64,000 bases of DNA from assembly GCA_963829545.1 (NCBI GenBank), contig CAWHIX010000007.1, forward strand, positions 101,807-165,806, read 5' to 3'. Positions 61,367-64,000 of the stretch are shown here, one piece after another. Position 1 is the first letter of the stretch; every line of letters starts with the position of its first letter. The stretch is from an uncultured Actinomycetes bacterium. GTDB lineage: Bacteria; Actinomycetota; Thermoleophilia; RBG-16-64-13. A program made the translations under genes and the position numbers. Under the pieces are notes generated by a model. That model had not been told where the DNA came from, did not search any database, and saw only the letters and a list, made by a program, of their open reading frames with translations.

Positions 61367-62447
61367 CAGAGACTCGGGTGACCTTGCCTACAGCGCGGCC
61401 GCTCTCACCTATAACGCGGCTGGGGTCGACATCGAGGCCGGAGACGAGGCCGTCCAACTGATCAAGAAGGACGTCGAGAGCACGTACATCCCTGGGGTAC
61501 TGGGGTCGCTGGGTGGCTTCGCGGGTCTCTACGAGCTGCCCAAGGGCCTCGAGGACCCGGTCCTGGTGACGGCCACCGACGGGGTGGGCACCAAGTTGCT
61601 GCTGGCTCAGGAGACCGGCCGTTTGGACACGGTGGGCATCGACCTGGTGGCCATGTCGGTGAACGACGTGCTCACCATCGGCGCCCGGCCCGTCCTGTTC
61701 CTCGACTACGTAGCCGTCGGTCGCCTGACGCCGGTGGAGATGGCACAGATAGTGAGCGGGGTGGCCGAAGGCTGCCGGCAGGCCGGCTGCGCCCTCATCG
61801 GGGGCGAGATGGCGGAGATGCCCGGTCTCTACGATCCGGGCGAGTTCGATCTGGCGGGCTTCTGCGTGGGCTTGGGGGAGAGACGCAAGTTGATCGACGG
61901 GTCGGCGGTCGCCGAGGGCGACGTCGTCATCGGATTGGGGTCGAGCGGCCTGCACTCCAACGGCTTCTCTTTGGTGCGCAAGGTGCTGGAGGTGAGCGGC
62001 ATTTCTTTGGGTGACACGTTCCCTGAGTCGGCCGAGACCGTGGCGGCCGTCCTGCTGGAGCCCACGCGCATCTACGTGCGCAGCGTGCTGGGCCTGCTGG
62101 ATGCGGGCGTTCCCGTGCGGGCGATGAGCCACATCACGGGCGGCGGGATGGCGGGCAACCTCTCGCGGGTCATCCCGGAGGGGCTCACGGCGCGGCTGGA
62201 CTTCCGGGAGTGGCAGATCCCGCTCGTCTTCCGAGTTCTCCAGGACCTCGGGGGCATCGCCGACCTGGAGATGTTCCGCACGTTCAACATGGGCGCCGGC
62301 TACGTGCTGGTGTTGCCGCCCGAATCCGTCGACGAGGCGACCGCCCGGTTGACGGACGCCGGCGAGCAGGTGATCAAACTGGGGGAGATAACGACGCGAG
62401 CCACCGGGCCGGGGTCGGCCAAGGTGACGTTGGAGGGTGTGCAATGA
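61356..62447 (+). CDS. purM: AIR synthase
   Basis: Y..AGVDIEAG, TDGVGTK, GIDLVAMSVND, GGE.AEMP, SSGLHSNG, HITGGG, TFNMG. Confidence 0.96.
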   Translation: MSNSRDSGDLAYSAAALTYNAAGVDIEAGDEAVQLIKKDVESTYIPGVLGSLGGFAGLYELPKGLEDPVLVTATDGVGTKLLLAQETGRLDTVGIDLVAMSVNDVLTIGARPVLFLDYVAVGRLTPVEMAQIVSGVAEGCRQAGCALIGGEMAEMPGLYDPGEFDLAGFCVGLGERRKLIDGSAVAEGDVVIGLGSSGLHSNGFSLVRKVLEVSGISLGDTFPESAETVAAVLLEPTRIYVRSVLGLLDAGVPVRAMSHITGGGMAGNLSRVIPEGLTARLDFREWQIPLVFRVLQDLGGIADLEMFRTFNMGAGYVLVLPPESVDEATARLTDAGEQVIKLGEITTRATGPGSAKVTLEGVQ

Positions 62448-63178
62448 GCTTCACGAGCAACGAAGAGTGGTCTCCCGGAGATCCCTGTACCTTCTTCAAG
62501 ATAGTGGTGCTGGCCTCGGGCACCGGCTCCAACTTCCAGGCTCTGGTGGAGCAGCTGCAGAGGCGCATCCTTGCCGACCCTGAGGGCAACCCCGTCCTGG
62601 CGCCCGTGTGCTGCACGGGGAATCCGCCCCTCATGGGCGCGGTCGTCTTCGACATCACCCTCCTCATCACCGACGTCCCCGGGGCACCCGTTCTGGAGAA
62701 GGCTTGGACTCGGGGCGTGCCCACGGCCGTACTGTCCTATGAGGCCTACGCCACGGCGGAGGAGCACGACAAGCACCTCATCGACGCCGTGCGGGAGAGT
62801 GAGGCCGACCTCATCGTGCTGGCCGGCTACATGCGCGTCCTGTCGCCGGCTTTCGTGCAGGCGTTCGCGGGCAAGATCATCAACCTTCATCCCGCGCTCC
62901 TGCCGGCGTTCCCCGGTACGACCTCCATCGCCGACGCTCTCGAATACGGGGCCAAGGTGACCGGAGTAACGGTCCACTACGCCGACGAGGGTGTCGACAC
63001 CGGGCCCATCATCGCCCAGGAGCCGGTACGCGTGGAGGAGGGTGACACGGTGGAATCGCTTGCTGGGCGCATCCACGCTGTGGAGCATGAGCTTCTCTCC
63101 GACGTCGTGCGGAAGATCGCCGCCGGGAAGGTCATGGCGCCTCAGTCGGGGTCGCGGAAGGTCCGAGTAGACAAGTAA
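62444..63178 (+). CDS. purN: Phosphoribosylglycinamide formyltransferase with insertion
   Basis: VLASGTGSNFQA, LAGYMRVL, INLHPALLPAFPG, TVHY..EGVDTGPII. Confidence 0.93.
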   Translation: MSFTSNEEWSPGDPCTFFKIVVLASGTGSNFQALVEQLQRRILADPEGNPVLAPVCCTGNPPLMGAVVFDITLLITDVPGAPVLEKAWTRGVPTAVLSYEAYATAEEHDKHLIDAVRESEADLIVLAGYMRVLSPAFVQAFAGKIINLHPALLPAFPGTTSIADALEYGAKVTGVTVHYADEGVDTGPIIAQEPVRVEEGDTVESLAGRIHAVEHELLSDVVRKIAAGKVMAPQSGSRKVRVDK

Positions 63179-63234
63179 TAAAGCGGGATAGTCGGGCGGG
63201 CCGGAGTGGGACCGGCTCCCAGGAGGAGGAAAGA

Positions 63235-64000
63235 GTGAAGGTCAAGCGCGCGCTGGTCTCGGTGTCGGACAAACGGGATCTCGAACCGTTCGTCCGGGGC
63301 CTGGTGGAGCTAGGGGTGGAGGTCATCTCCACCGGAGGGACGGCCCGTTCGTTGCGGGAGAGCGGTCTGCCCATCGTCGGCATCTCGGAAGTCACCGGCT
63401 TCCCCGAGATCATGGACGGGCGCGTGAAGACCCTCCATCCGGCCATCCACGGCGGCATCCTTGCCGACCGCAGCCGGGCCACCCATATGAAAGCCATAGC
63501 CGAACTGGGTATCAAGCCCATCGATCTGGTGGTGGTCAACCTCTATCCCTTCGAGGAAGTCACCTCCGAGCGGGGCGTCAAGGAAGCCGACGCCGTCGAG
63601 AACATCGACATCGGCGGTCCCTGCATGGTGCGGGCCGCGGCCAAGAACTTCGGCGGGGTGGGCATCGTCGTCGACCCAGCCGACTACGTGGCCGTGCTGG
63701 CCGAGCTTACGGCCCACCAGGGCGAGCTGTCCCTCGAGACGCGCAGGGGCCTGGCCGTGAAGGCCTTCCATCACACCGCCCACTACGACTCGGTCATCGC
63801 CGCCTGGTTCGGGGAGCAGGAGAACGACTTCCCCAACAACCTCATGGTCGACCTGGTCAAGGTCAAAGACCTGCGCTACGGCGAGAACCCCCACCAGCGG
63901 GCCGCTTGGTATGCGGAGGCGAACGCCGTCGGCAGAGCCGAGGACATGCTGGAGCAGTTGCATGGCGGGGCGCTTTCCTTCAACAACCTGCTCGACCTCG
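63235..64000 (+). CDS. purH: Bifunctional AICAR transformylase/IMP cyclohydrolase (3' end outside window)
   Basis: GTG start; KVKRALVSVSDK, ISTGGT, DGRVKTLHP, ENIDIGGP, LRYGENPHQ. Confidence 0.95.
   Translation, partial: MKVKRALVSVSDKRDLEPFVRGLVELGVEVISTGGTARSLRESGLPIVGISEVTGFPEIMDGRVKTLHPAIHGGILADRSRATHMKAIAELGIKPIDLVVVNLYPFEEVTSERGVKEADAVENIDIGGPCMVRAAAKNFGGVGIVVDPADYVAVLAELTAHQGELSLETRRGLAVKAFHHTAHYDSVIAAWFGEQENDFPNNLMVDLVKVKDLRYGENPHQRAAWYAEANAVGRAEDMLEQLHGGALSFNNLLDL

Overview
High-GC (visually ~65-70%) core chromosome of an anaerobic bacterium, inferred to be Actinomycetota/Thermoleophilia-like (UPF0182, PASTA kinase, MMPL, two pyruvate:ferredoxin oxidoreductases, Firmicutes-like rpsF-ssb-rpsR-DUF2232-rplI-dnaB-purA order). 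Order: ybeY-dgkA/PAP2-cdd-like-GNAT-deoC-like-recO; PFOR-1; guaB; small housekeeping genes; TetR-MMPL; PFOR-2; TPP riboswitch-thiN-ykoFEDC; Ser/Thr kinase; PHP plus AmmeMemoRadiSam cluster convergent with hsp20-lon-archease-rtcB; M50/CBS protease; UPF0182; a thiol/selenol redox block; ribosomal and replication genes; purine genes interrupted by a cobalamin-riboswitch ABC importer. Many conserved genes carry single-base frameshifts, densest at 30.3-35.6 kb; I read these as long-read errors. Best leads: (1) three intergenic palindromes sharing a 26-nt loop (consensus TCCAGCTGCGAAGTCACGATTCTTCC) inside different 20-23 bp arms (perfect in two copies, one mismatch in the third), all next to PFOR genes; (2) two selenoproteins missed by the ORF track (in-frame TGA plus SECIS-like hairpins); (3) cdd-like and deoC-like proteins with altered catalytic residues; (4) a Cys-rich tail on PFOR-2; (5) an apparent CTG start for rpsF. 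No tRNA, rRNA, CRISPR array, transposase or integrase was seen. Family names are from motif recognition, not database searches.
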